DNA from: Paraphysomonas bandaiensis | Lineage: Eukaryota > Protista > Chrysophyceae | Assembly (NCBI GenBank): GCA_965644295.1 | Contig: CBFFRP010000020.1 | Coordinates: 62,001-126,000 of the forward strand | Length of the DNA stretch: 64,000 nucleotides | Direction of reading: 5' to 3' | Part shown: positions 9,949 through 22,297 of the stretch, one piece after another | How positions within the stretch are numbered: position 1 is the first letter of the stretch | Layout: each line of letters starts with the position of its first letter | Translations under genes and position numbers: made by a program | The notes under the pieces: generated by a model | What the model saw: the letters and a program-made list of their open reading frames with translations, nothing else | What the model was told of the DNA's origin: nothing | Databases searched by the model: none

Positions 9949-11702
9949 TCAATAAAACGAAATATCTTTTGGTGCGGAGCTGACAGTAGTTCCGGTATCT
10001 TGACTCACCTCCAATGTGGACGGTGTTTCATGAAGTTCCCGCATTTGCATCTTCCTTGTGGTCATCTCACGAGAAGCAATATCTTTAAATGTTGGTCTCA
10101 TTGAACCTACAACTGGGCTAGTTTCCTTACCCAGAGATCTGGATGATCCATTCCCAGATGAAGCCAATGTCGACCTCCGGCTACTTTTCTCCACTGAACA
10201 GTCTTTATCACTAAATGATACACTTCCGTCAAACGAAGCACGTCTCTGGCTTCGCAATGCGGCAAGTGATGCTACATGCGCCACACTTTGATGGGGTCTT
10301 TCTCTATTGGTATCAGTGTGCCCTATAGTGCTCTGCGTCTGTGTTGACTGCAGAAGGAAACCTTTTTTCGGTAGCAAAGAAGAGCCATTGCGGCTTGTCA
10401 GACGAAAATCAGATGCAGCAAAAGTTAGGCGACTGCTCGTATCTGACTTAGAAGAGGCTGTGACGCGCAGCATTGAGCGAAAGAGCATGTCACACTCTTT
10501 TTCACAATTTTCCCTCATCCTAAGATAGAGCAACAGCAAAATATTAAAAATACATGCCCCTTAATATAGAGTGCACTCACGTGTCTACAGGTAAGGAGGA
10601 AGGTGATGAGTTCAGCGGGTTAGCTAAAAGGTAGAACAGAGATGATAGAGCACTAAAAACGACGACCATAAGACATAGTGTGAGGTAACCCCCGAACATA
10701 ATAGAAGAGTCATTTTCCCCCATGGCCCTGCCTACCACACCTGAGCTTATAACTACAACCTGCAGCACAAGACAGTAACATAACAATTTATATAACTGTT
10801 AACAGTATTACCTGTATATAAAAAGCGTGCAAAACAATGGACACTGCTTGCACCGCAATATATGGCAGGGGTGCCTCCACAAGTCCCAGCACTACCGAGG
10901 CTTCCTCACTTGCGCCAGCCAGATCACCTAGTGCTCTAGTAAGTGACACCTCTCCGCATAACCCGGCCGCCGCTAACCGATGTATCAGTACCCCACACCA
11001 CCCATACACAACTGATGGGCTGAGTTGTGGAAGTGCGGAAAGTAACAGCATTTCCTCTTCACTCAAGAGGCCTGTAGATTGCAAGTCCGATACGTTATTC
11101 TCCTTTCGAGCAACCTTGAACACAAGTGCGTATGCAAGGTTCACATATCGATATACTTGTCTTTGGGCTTCAAGCGCTTCTGCCTTGCTATCCTCCTCTA
11201 GTTTATAAGAATTGACAGAATGTGAAGCAGAGAGAGTTGCACACAAGTTTTGGGTTCTTGAAACAACCCGTTGCAGAGACTGCCGAACCCACCACCACCG
11301 ACATATCACCAACGACCCGAACACAACAATCACTAACGCACACGCTGAAGTGAGAGTAATATCCATCCACGACTCAGCCCGCATTGTGATACAGGAAGAC
11401 TGCATATTCGCATCACAACTATAGTATGCAAATACTGTTGTCAGACCGACAGAAAACAAAAGTGTTAACAATAATCGGAGACCGAGAGCAGAACTACGAT
11501 AAGGACTTAAAAAACCAAATTGAACAGTGAAAAATGGATCATAATATACTATACTACTTGATTTATCTGATGTTTCATATATAAGTCGTGTCTGAATGTA
11601 TTCCTTCAGAGATGAGAGATATCTTACGAGTACATTACGGCGGGATCTATCATAAGTGGGAGAATATATATTGAATGATGTTGATCGTGGTGAGTATGAC
11701 AT
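9949..11702 (-). CDS. Bestrophin-family anion channel, divergent (3 exons; introns 10760-10811 and 10520-10580)
   Basis: Transmembrane segments, LVICRWW, RYVNLAYALV, GLLSEEE, PLPY..VQ and LANP match bestrophin landmarks. The splice junctions keep the frame. Confidence 0.75.
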
Positions 11703-12036
11703 TAGATGAATAGATTAATAAATATAATGTGATGGTATAGTAACTGGATGGGGTTACTAGTGTGTGTATGTATGTATATGAGTGTGTGTGTGTATGGGGG
11801 ATTAGTTAGACAAACAGGGTTATATACGGGACTAATAGAGGGCCTCCACACTCAGATATGAGGTTAGAACATTACCCTGATTGTTGGTAAAAGTGGTAAT
11901 GTATGGAGGAATAGTTTCGATCTCCAAGTGTTGAGATCTCTCTACATATATATATATATGCATGCATATATACATGTATGGGGAATACGCCGTACATCAA
12001 CATCCTCAGTGACTATCTAGATATGGGAACACGCCA

Positions 12037-12161
12037 TTTTCACAAAAAAATATGAAATTTACACATCAAACACTCTGATTTCGAGAAGTTGATTTCGAAA
12101 ATTTGTGAAAAATCAATATACATTGTGTTTGATGTGTAAATTTCATACTTTTTGGTGAAAA
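12037..12161. repeat. ~37-bp inverted repeat, possible MITE remnant
   Basis: ttttcacaaaaaaatatgaaatttacacatcaaacac (12037-12073) pairs with gtgtttgatgtgtaaatttcatactttttggtgaaaa (12125-12161). Confidence 0.8.
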
Positions 12162-12299
12162 TTAGTGAAAAATCAATAGGAAGAGGACAATATCTATAGT
12201 TTGCATGCAAATACAGCAGTATATATATACACACATCTTCCCTATACTTTAAAACTCCTGCCACAGTAAACACACTACACTATCTCACAATCCCTACCC

Positions 12300-13193
12300 A
12301 TGGAACTATCAATTAATGATTCTATTGATATCCTTGATGAAAATGATGTTTATTGTCCTGCTACTGTGATACAAACATGTCCTTTAAAGATACGATATAC
12401 AGGATGGGGGGATGAATGGGATGAGATTGTTACTGATTATACACGTATATCACCCGCTGAAACGCATGTGATACCATGTAAATGTTGGGTTAAATATAAT
12501 AAAAATTTAATGCATTGGCCAAGTATACTGTATATACGTACACCCTTACAAGGGAGTGAGATTGCTATACCATATTTAAAAGAAGAGAGAAACGTGTTTG
12601 TTCGTCCGATTGGATGCAAATCATTTAAATGTATACAAGGATATGCTTCTGGTGTATGGGTAAAAGCAACTAATGTATGGCCATTTAATTATAAACTTGC
12701 TCGAAGATGGCAAGAGAGAGGTATGAGTCATAAGCGTTGGGCGGGAGAGTTTAAGGTTGCATTCGATGAATTAAATTATTCCTCTTATAAGGCAATTAAT
12801 TTCGAATTTGATGGGACTTATGCTATTTTTCCGAATAAACGTAAAGCCAACGCAGCCAACAACGACGGTACGAAGCGAAGTGCAAATGAGAAGCGCGCAA
12901 AGTTGCACGAATTCTCCAAACGTGCGCTGCCTCTTGTTGCACCGGTAATTGAAAGCTGCATTCCAACTTCAGATGTTTCGAACGTCTTAAACGAAAGTTT
13001 GCTAAGCTATTATAGTAAGAGTACATTGGAACGTAGCTCAAGCCCAGACTTTCGTATTACGAATTACTTCGATGAGATATTTGGCCCTGAGTTAGCTGCT
13101 ATAGATGAATGGTTACATGTTGACGATGCTTCAGGAATAGGAAATATCAGGAAGCCTGAAGAAACTAGTAAAATTGAAATAAAAAGAAGATGA
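12300..13193 (+). CDS. Royal-family protein (Tudor-knot/chromo-barrel plus PWWP-like domain)
   Basis: N-terminal IDILD..YCPATV...IRYTGWGDEWDE followed by CWVKY...HWPSILY; intronless 297 aa ORF. Confidence 0.55.
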   Translation: MELSINDSIDILDENDVYCPATVIQTCPLKIRYTGWGDEWDEIVTDYTRISPAETHVIPCKCWVKYNKNLMHWPSILYIRTPLQGSEIAIPYLKEERNVFVRPIGCKSFKCIQGYASGVWVKATNVWPFNYKLARRWQERGMSHKRWAGEFKVAFDELNYSSYKAINFEFDGTYAIFPNKRKANAANNDGTKRSANEKRAKLHEFSKRALPLVAPVIESCIPTSDVSNVLNESLLSYYSKSTLERSSSPDFRITNYFDEIFGPELAAIDEWLHVDDASGIGNIRKPEETSKIEIKRR

Positions 13194-13344
13194 AGTTATG
13201 TTGGTATCGGCTACTATTTTCTCCGTCGAAGTGTATTATCCCATTTGAATTATAAATAGATTTCGTGTTATATTTTTTCTATGACGTTATACAGCTCTGT
13301 TAAAGTAATAGTAATCTGGTAACTGCTAAATGTCTAAATATTCG

Positions 13345-13748
13345 TTGATTTAGTGAATGTCTTATTATTAGCAATTAGCGTGTAAGAGTCAGAACTAAAG
13401 TAGCAAAACAAATTTAACTAACTCTATAGTGCGTAACTCTCATATCCTACAATTTCGCGCTACGAAGCTGCTTGTGCGTCACCGCAAGATGCAACCACTT
13501 TCGCTCTCTGCCCTTAAGGTGAAAATCCCGGCTGCTTAACTTCAGCAGGCAGCCCAATACCCCTGATGCCTTGAAGTGAGCCCATTCCCTGATGCATGTT
13601 TATTCGTCAAGGCCCAATGATGTCTTCACAAGTGACCCTTGTACCACACAAGCATTTAGGTTTTGAGTGGGCAGAACAATATATTCTGACTATAGACTAT
13701 AGACTATACAGCTCACGTTAGTTTCCCGGGGAAATATCTCCTGCAGTT
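13345..13748 (+). repeat. Dispersed ~400-bp repeat, copy 1
   Basis: Collinear with the reverse complement of 55110-55450. Shared blocks include gcgtgtaagagtc, ctgcttgtgcgtcaccgcaa, ccttaaggtgaa, gctcacgtta and ggggaaatatctcc. Confidence 0.85.
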
Positions 13749-14316
13749 ATTCCCCAGAGCACCACAAAAATGTGCGAGGCCGACACTTTTGAGGAGGAAT
13801 TAAACCCACGCGAGCAGAAGTTGCCGCCACAACCACATTCACTGAGCCGACCCCACGTTTTCACTATATTGGCGCCACACAATAATTCGCCGGGATTATA
13901 CACTACACTGGGCCACGCCCCCAGAATGGACAATATTCAAATGCGCAGGAGGAGGAGACATCGCTCATCTTTAAAATGAGTGAATATCAGAAAACTGAAA
14001 AATGATTCAGATACATGGTGCTCATACATATATGCATTGGAGATATATATAAGTAGATAATTAGGTACGAGAGGGGAGAGGGTTGTATTTCATTATAGTT
14101 GCTGGCGAATCATGCCCTAAACTGTGTGATACTTGATTGTAAAAGCGAAAGGAACGTGAAATGAAACACACCGCACTTAAAAGTCAAATTGTTTAATTTA
14201 TGTATTATATTAATCATGTGGAAATTATAAATTAGAATTAATAGCCACTGAAGTGCACCGTAGTGTCAATTCAAGGGGGCTTCACTAATCGCAATCAATT
14301 AATAGGCGCATATGAA

Positions 14317-16462
14317 TTAGAGATCCAGGTCGCAAGTGACGTAATAGTCGTATTGATCTTCCACTCCAAGTCCCCCCATGAACCCTGTCGCGCTACTAGA
14401 GAGCGTGGTGTCATCACTAACTGGTGGGAACACCGGTGGGGGTACAGGGCATTTGAAAGTGGAGAAAAGGGGAGAGTCTAGAGGCAGCCAACACCCTAGT
14501 GGGGACGGAGGTGAGTCCAAAACAGGTGGAAATTGAGTCAGTTGAGACGGCGCACTTGTAACTTGCATTAAAAGAGTCCTCAAACGCAGATAGTTCAAGA
14601 TTATTGTAGTTTTGATATCAGAGCTTTCTGCAAGGTTTGTCGTCTCGTAAGGGTCTTCTGATAGATTAAACAGAAACTCTCCTTCAGGCTCATACGTATC
14701 ACCCAACGAACTCACAGCAATAAACTCAACAACTGAGGGGTTAAGAAGGTATTTCCAGGTAGATCCAAAGATAATCTCAATGTAGGCAGAATAGTACCCT
14801 AAAGACTCTGAGGCGGAGTTTAGGGCAATAGAGCGTCGCAGCATGGGTAGGCCAGTGGACAAAGATTTCCAGTGGTTGTAGCCATCAAACGTCCCAGGGG
14901 GAGTAGACACACCAGCATATCCCAACAAAGTCGGCAGAACGTCGGATACATCGAAGAGGTCATCACGAGTCGGAGTGAGATGACGGATTCCACGTAGTCC
15001 ATTACCGTACATGAAAGCAGGAACATGAATGCCACCTGAAGACAATACAATTAGTAACATATTTAAAGTCCCAGAAAAATATTAAGATACCTTCAAATAC
15101 AGCTCCTTTTTGGGAGCGAAAGGGTGCGTTTACTGATCCAGCCTGCTCTAACCCCCCGTTATCAGAGTGATAGACAAACAGTGTAGACCCAATCATGCGA
15201 TTGGCTGTGAGGGCAAGTAAAACTCTGAGTGTCGCGATGTCAACAGAGGCCACCATGCCGCAGAGTTGCTGTCTGAAATAGGGCTGGACCGCTGCTGGTG
15301 TTCCTTCAGAAACGCCCTCACAAAGATCGAAAAGCTTTTGTGGAACATGCAGTGGAGTGTGTGGACCGTTAAAATGAAGATGCATCAGCATGGGTTTACT
15401 GTTGTCATGCTTGACAATAGCATCCACCGCTTTATCAGCAAGTATATCAGTCACGTATTTATCTAGATCCTCGACATAAGGCGTGCCATTTTCATTGAGA
15501 TCGTAAGCATTTGCATAGGTGCAATTTTCTGCAAATACAGGCATGTGATTGTTTTCCTCCGTTCCCTGGCACATCAGCCCGAGGTCCTTTTTGTAGTAAC
15601 CAATAGCACCCCCAGTAAGTCCAAAATAGTAGTCATATCCCCGTGCGTTAGCAGTTAAGTTCATATATTTGTTTCCGAGATGCCATTTTCTATACATACG
15701 ATACATCCAGATAAGTAAAATATATATAACCTATATTAATTGAGTGATATCGTACCCGATAAAGTATGTGGTGTAGTCGGCTTCTTTGAAGTAGTTCCCG
15801 GCGGTAGGGAGGTTTAAAGGCAGAGATCTACTCTCACCTGGAATAATTGCACCATCCTACATACAAGTATGAACAAGATCTAATATAAAAAAAGAACCAT
15901 GTGATTATCACAGTTTACAGTACATAAAACAAACATTACATCAAAAATAAGCAGCTAATGCATATTCTGGAGCTAACTAACCTGCAATCCTGTCTTTGTG
16001 ACAGCACGCCCTGTTAAGAGAGAGGCACGGGTGGGACTGCAGGTGCACTGAGATGCAAATATTATGTACAACAGAAACTAAATATAAGACGAACTGAACC
16101 TGAACATAGAAATTATTCAGTTTTATTCCTTCATTAGCCATAAAATCCGCAGTAGGGCTCACAAAAGTAGGATCATTATAGCCGATATCCATCCATCCCA
16201 TATCATCCGTTAATATAGTAACAATATGCTTACGAGAGCTGTTAGTTACACTATTAATAGCATATTCATGTATATCTTCAAGAAGATAAGAGAGTTTAGA
16301 TGATCTTTCATGAGATTGTTGTTTACTTTTAATATGATCTGAATATAGTGATAAGAGTGCATTAGGATCATTATAAAGTGAGTTTGCACGTGATATAATA
16401 TCACTACTATGGGTTAAAGGGATAGAAATGAGGTATATCCATAGAGATAATAGATAGAACAT
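14317..16462 (-). CDS. Secreted formylglycine-dependent sulfatase, arylsulfatase B-like (multi-exon)
   Basis: Signal peptide, ILTDDMGWMD, catalytic CSPTRASLLTGR recovered after splicing, GKWHLG, SDNGG, and LFNLSEDPYE. Confidence 0.93.
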
Positions 16463-17273
16463 TGTATGAATATATGGAGGTGGATAGGTGAGTTATATGA
16501 TGAGATAGTAGTGTATGTATGTCTAGTTAAGGGGTAGAGGAGGGTAGATGTGAGGAGAGGAGAGAGTGCACTAGTATATGTATGTATGGACCATATGGGT
16601 AGAACGTGGATATGAAGTCGAAGTGTCAAAGGGCATAAGGGTTTGATTTTAGCTATAGGCTACAATATAGGTATACATACATACAGCGATATCCAAGTAG
16701 TACAATACTTCAACTTCGTACTGTGACACAGTGTCCAGTGCAACTACTACGTAGAAACTGCTGATCTTTCGACTACGGTGCACTCGCGTTTTATGATAAC
16801 CCACATGTACCAAAGCAAAAAAAACGTTTTCTATATAAACCAGGGAGTTTTATAAAAAGCCCCGTTTTTGTACTCTGTTCAGCTGTGTATAAAGTCTTAT
16901 TAGGGCCCGTTCGGTTCATCCAATGGTGGATTTTTATTTCTGAGGCTTTTATTTAGAAAATCTGCAATTTTATCTTGAAGTGGACATTTTACATGATGTG
17001 GGAACTCTTTCGTGTTGAAACCGCAGTATTTCGATTACTAAAATGAACTTTTTCACGTTTTTTAATGATTTTTAGCCTTTCTCTTCTCTACAGAGAGTTC
17101 CCACATCTTCTTGTACGTATATATATGTACAGCGTATCGTATATAGAGCTTGTACTGTACATGCGTCTCTCTATCACATGTCTGTATGTATGTATGTATG
17201 GATCTGGATATGGGTCACTATGTAGTTGCATTGATCTATTAAACCATAGACCATACTAACTATAATCCATATA

Positions 17274-19156
17274 ATGACATTTGGATTTATCAATAAGGTG
17301 TTTCCGAATCTACAGCATCACTGGGAGTGTGAGATCATCATCTACTGGTATATCCCTGTATATATATGTACATCTATCTCTATATACGTGTATATGTATA
17401 TCTCTCTATATATACGTATATATGACTCATATTACCTATCAAAAGGGTGCTGTGGATGACTGTAGGGACACTCTTTTATGCCATTCATGCAGATCTTGGT
17501 TACATGAGAGGATTCTATATGGCAGGTGAGGGAATCATATGATTGACATGCATATATAAGTATATACGCTTATGGCTATATGCATGTATATACAGTGAAT
17601 GTAGGGTATAGTATTGGATGGGGATTTCCTGTAGAGCCTAATGGATCAACGAAGATATTCTCAGTATGTTATGTACTTGTGGGGGCATCAGCGATTGCAT
17701 ATGGTGTGGCCTTAATATATATAATATACTATAGGAGTTTACGTATGTTTTAGGATTGAGTATATTTGCTGAGCTGATGCTATCAAAACAAAAATCGTGG
17801 TTTACTGATGCATTGAATAAAGAATCATTTTTAGCCGCAAAGCAACAAAAGAGTTTATGGATGCGCTCGTATATGTGGTTTTCTTACAGATTTCAGAGGG
17901 TGTTTCCCATAGTGCTTTGGCTCATCTGGCTATCTGTTGGAGCTGTTGTGTCGTATATATATGTGGAAGACTGGTATTCCTATGAGAGTGTGTATTTCGC
18001 CGTATCTTCACTGTCTACGGGAGGGTTGTGGGCTATTCCAGAAAATTCTACTGATATTGCTTATCTGTTTGGTATAAAGTGTGCAATGTGAAAGTATGAC
18101 GTAACTTCTGTGCAGTTGGCTTGTATGCCGCTATAGGAGTTCCATTAATGGCTTATGCAATGGTTTACCAAAACATATACTTACTTCACAACAATAATTT
18201 TTGATATGATCTTTAGGGAAATCTTGCTTCTCTCCTGTTGAAAGGACCTCAAGTAGATGTTGTAGGGCTCATCAATGCTAAAGTATCTGCCAATGACCTC
18301 CTAATGATGCAAAAATTTGGTCTTGAGAACAGTGATGGTAATATCGATAAGGCTGAGTTTATTACGCTCTGTATGCTTCGTCTGGGGGCAGTTGATCCTG
18401 AGCTTGTAGCAGCAATTGTAAACCGATATGATGAGCTCGATGTTTCGAAAGATGGAGTACTTAGCTACAAGGAGTTGCTAGAGGTTGGTACATTTAGAAA
18501 CTATAATCTATATGACACTTTGTGATATTATGTAATATCAGGAAAATAGAAGTATTCGCAAGTCTACATCGAGAAGCCTTCAAGAAAAGCCGATATCTAG
18601 TGAAACTTCTCCCCCCATATATAAAAAAGGTTTGGATAGGTTAGAAAAAGACCTGGCACTGGGCCAGATGGTCGTGAACCGGCTGGAGCAGAGGAGGGTG
18701 GAAAGACTACGAGAAAGGTCGCTTATAAGGAATGTAGAATCATTTCATCGTTCTACGATTTCGAATAGCGTACCTAAGCGCGTGAGAATTAAAAGGTCCC
18801 AACAAGTTGGCGATGAGATAATGCTAGCCCAACAGCATAGAGGAGCAAAGTCTGTGCGTAGTGGTAATTTAAGGGGGGTAGGAAGCTCATTTCGACAAAT
18901 CGCGCCACTCTCTTCAGACGAAATGGATCCAATTCAGTGCCACAGCAGTGAAGAGCGTAAGGATGAGAACGAGGGTATCAGCGTAGCTGGAATGTTCGCC
19001 CCAATATCAGTTCCAGAACACATCACTGGAAATACTATTAAAACTGGTGGAAGTGAAAGCAGCCGTGACTTCAAGAGATGCAGAACTAAAGGACAAGATG
19101 ATAATAAACTGACTGCAAAAGCTAGTGAAAATTTGTTTTTTGATGTCATGGTATGA
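17274..19156 (+). CDS. Two-pore (4TM/2P) potassium channel-like protein with EF-hands (multi-exon)
   Basis: Spliced product has GTLFY...FYMAVNVGYSIGWG (pore 1), YFAVSSLSTGGLW (pore 2), LYAAIGVPLM, and EF-hand loops DGNIDKAEF and DVSKDGVLSYKE. Confidence 0.8.
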
Positions 19157-19994
19157 TTGTCTCACTGATTTTGTGTGGAATGTGCTTTATATGTGTATAG
19201 CATATATATCACCTGTGTTGTTTTTTAAATAGGACAATAGTTGTTGGTTTCCCGTTTGTATTATAGACGATGTTTGTAAACTCTTTTGTTGTATATGCGA
19301 TTTATAAAAAAAATTTCTTCTGATAGGAATGTTTTGTGTTTTGTGGGGCAGTTAGGTGTTGCTAAAACTAAAATATAGGTAGTCTATTGAGTTTTGCAGT
19401 TTAAGAACAATTAAAAGCTAGAATTCTACGGTAATTCAATTATGACTGTTACTTAAAGAATACTGTAGTGTGTAGTGATTGAAAGCATTATGAGAGCTAA
19501 CGTCATGATTGCAATCGTACTAGAGAAAACTGAAATATATTGACTGTTTAAGTTCGTGATACTTACATATTTTCAAATAATTGTCATTTATTTAAATTGA
19601 AATGTTAAAATTGGGACAGCAAATCAAGGTTTAACCCATCCTAGTATTTAGAATCTGGATATAGTTATTTATAGTTTAAAATGCTAACTCGTATAAAGTG
19701 TTTGCTGATTTCACATCATTATTCGGTAATATTATCATTATTATTTCGAATATTATTATTACGGCATATTTATGTATATCTTGAATTCGGTTGAGACCTA
19801 AACCATAAAGTAAAAGAGTCACGTGCTACTCATTTACGATTTCATATTTCAGTGTGGTACTCTAATTTCTCTATATCGTACTTGAATTAAACAATATTCG
19901 ACAATTTAAACGATACTACACGCTATAATTTCACATAACACACTTTACATTTTAGATAAAATCGTGTTCTATTTAAACTAGCTTTCCGCGGTCT

Positions 19995-22297
19995 TCACCA
20001 GAAGAGAACATAGGCAATGTTAATCTGAACAACGAACAGTCAGAAACGAAAAACTGACACGCTCTCTGACCTGTACACCCTTATCTTTTTGCCACACTGA
20101 CAGGAAATGCCTTCCAGGATCCACTGGATCGGTAGCATAGCATTCATCTGCTACATGTGTAAGGCTGAGAGGAGTCCCTACCGCAGTGCTAATTAATAAT
20201 ACAAGAATGTCATAACGACTGAAATTTACCTTTCATGCCTTCCACGAACCTGTGTGATAACGGCGTGGAATCAGGTATATTAACGGTGACAGCGACATTA
20301 GCCGCTTTGTCCAGGTCTCCTTTACCTGGGGGATAAGTAAGAAAACCCCGCTGCACTTCGCACAACCACACTGCACTCCGTGTTCTAGGCGTAATAACCA
20401 TCGTTAGAACTCCATCCTCACCCTCTTCAAGGGGACCAGTGCCAGTGGAATTTGAGATTAGAATATACTTCAGATCAACATATCCCCGCCCCTGTTGTCG
20501 TGCTTTGGCCACACCATGAATATCGAACCACGATAACTCGTAAGACCAGCCAGGGGGAGCAATTTCGCCATCCGAAATGCCGACTAATATATTGCTAATA
20601 GGGTTCTTTTGTGCGGGTTGATAATACGTAAAGCACTGCGCCTCCTCTGTACACGCATCACCACATAATAAAGGAGGTGGAAGGGTTTGCTGATTTCCTC
20701 TCGTCATATTTTCAGTTGGCATATGGTGATTCAAGTACTGTATGGTCTCGTCGTGCATTGCCCGCAGACGCTTCTTTCCACTCAATTGTGCACTAATGAC
20801 CTCACTGAGGGCTTCACGAATTATTTCCAACAAGAAATACGAAAACGTGTCGCCTCTGAATCGATGACCAAGTACACCAGGATGCCAGTCTTTTCCGCCA
20901 CCTAAAGTCTTTGCGCCAAAACCCGGGCCATATGGACCTTGGCACTTGTAAGCATTGATTGCACTATTGACGCTCTAGTTGATATGTGAGCAACTATTTA
21001 TACAAAAAACGTTCATCTAGAACCTGTATAGATGGAGCGACGACGTCGGCGTAATGGTTCAAAAGACTTTCTCCTTGGTGTTTCCCTTCCTGTACTACAA
21101 GGAAAGGTGCAGTTTCGAGAAGGTGCGATGTCATGTTAGCCACCAATGACAAAGGTAGACGTGAAAGGGCAACTTCAGCGCGAGAGAATGGTGAAGTACG
21201 TGTGTTATTTTCCTCATCTATTTCAGAATTATCCTGAGAGCATGCGGAAGGTTTCCAGAAAGGTGTCCCGGAGTTCATAAATACGACCATAGGCTAACGT
21301 AACCATTAGATCGATAAAATAATTCGAGGACACAACAGAATATATTAAAATGACCAAGACTTACTCTCTTCGGCATTCTCGCTGCTGAACGTAGAAAAGC
21401 CTCCACCGGATTAGGGTCTCTTCCACAATTCATGGACTATGTACACAAGTTACACACAAACATGCAATTCACGACTCACACCTGTTCCCATGTTATCAGA
21501 TCGACGTCATCTCCCGCATGAGTAGATATACAAGCGTCATACGGGTAACATGGGTTGTTCCCAAGAGCCACATTGCGTACCTAGTAAAGCAGGCTATATT
21601 ACACCACACGATATATGTATCATACGCATGATAAAATCAAGTTTTATATATGTAGCAAATTTGACGCAGAAAATCGATGACTAATATAAGTTGTTACCTC
21701 TAGATGGATTCCAAGTTTATTGAATATGGGAACCAAATTCCTTTCAACAACCATTGGATATGACTCATTGAAAAAATTATCATGCCCTGCAGTCACAGAG
21801 CTACCAGTGAATGCAATCACGAAGCTACTGGAATTATTCATTTTATTCCTCATGAAGAGATCAATAAACTTATGTTTGTAAGTGTTCCAGGATACAGGTG
21901 GGATATGAACTGTATCCAAAAACAATGGATAGTTACGTAGATCCCAATAATCATATATTCTAGCCTTCTCAATTGATAATTGTGTACGAGCTTTACGTTC
22001 CACTGTAGCATATCTCGATATGATAGTTGTTCTATTATTTCTTGTCTGATTATATGATAATTTTGTTGAAGTTGTATGTAAAAAATCATGATTATTTCCA
22101 TTTGATTCTGTTAATGGAAGAAATATGATTGATCCTGCAATGAATAGTCCTGTATATGTATATATATGTGGGTTATGTGAGACTGTTATGCAGGGGGATT
22201 ATAATGTACCTATAAGTGATATAGTAAGAGCATTCTTCATAACTCTAGTAATACAAGATGATTCAGTAGTATCCACTTTACCTCCCATGATATTCAT
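19995..22297 (-). CDS. Type II membrane SGNH/GDSL hydrolase-like protein (multi-exon)
   Basis: N-terminal transmembrane helix, IAFTGSSVTAGHD (block I serine), RNVALGNNPC and DVDLITWEQ. Ends INIAYVLFW*. Confidence 0.65.

Noticed and set aside
16800-17060. Degenerate A/T-run motifs with ggg/ccc cores (similar at ~26260, ~39700 and ~46290)
   Set aside because: Similarity is too weak and low-complexity to define an element by eye.
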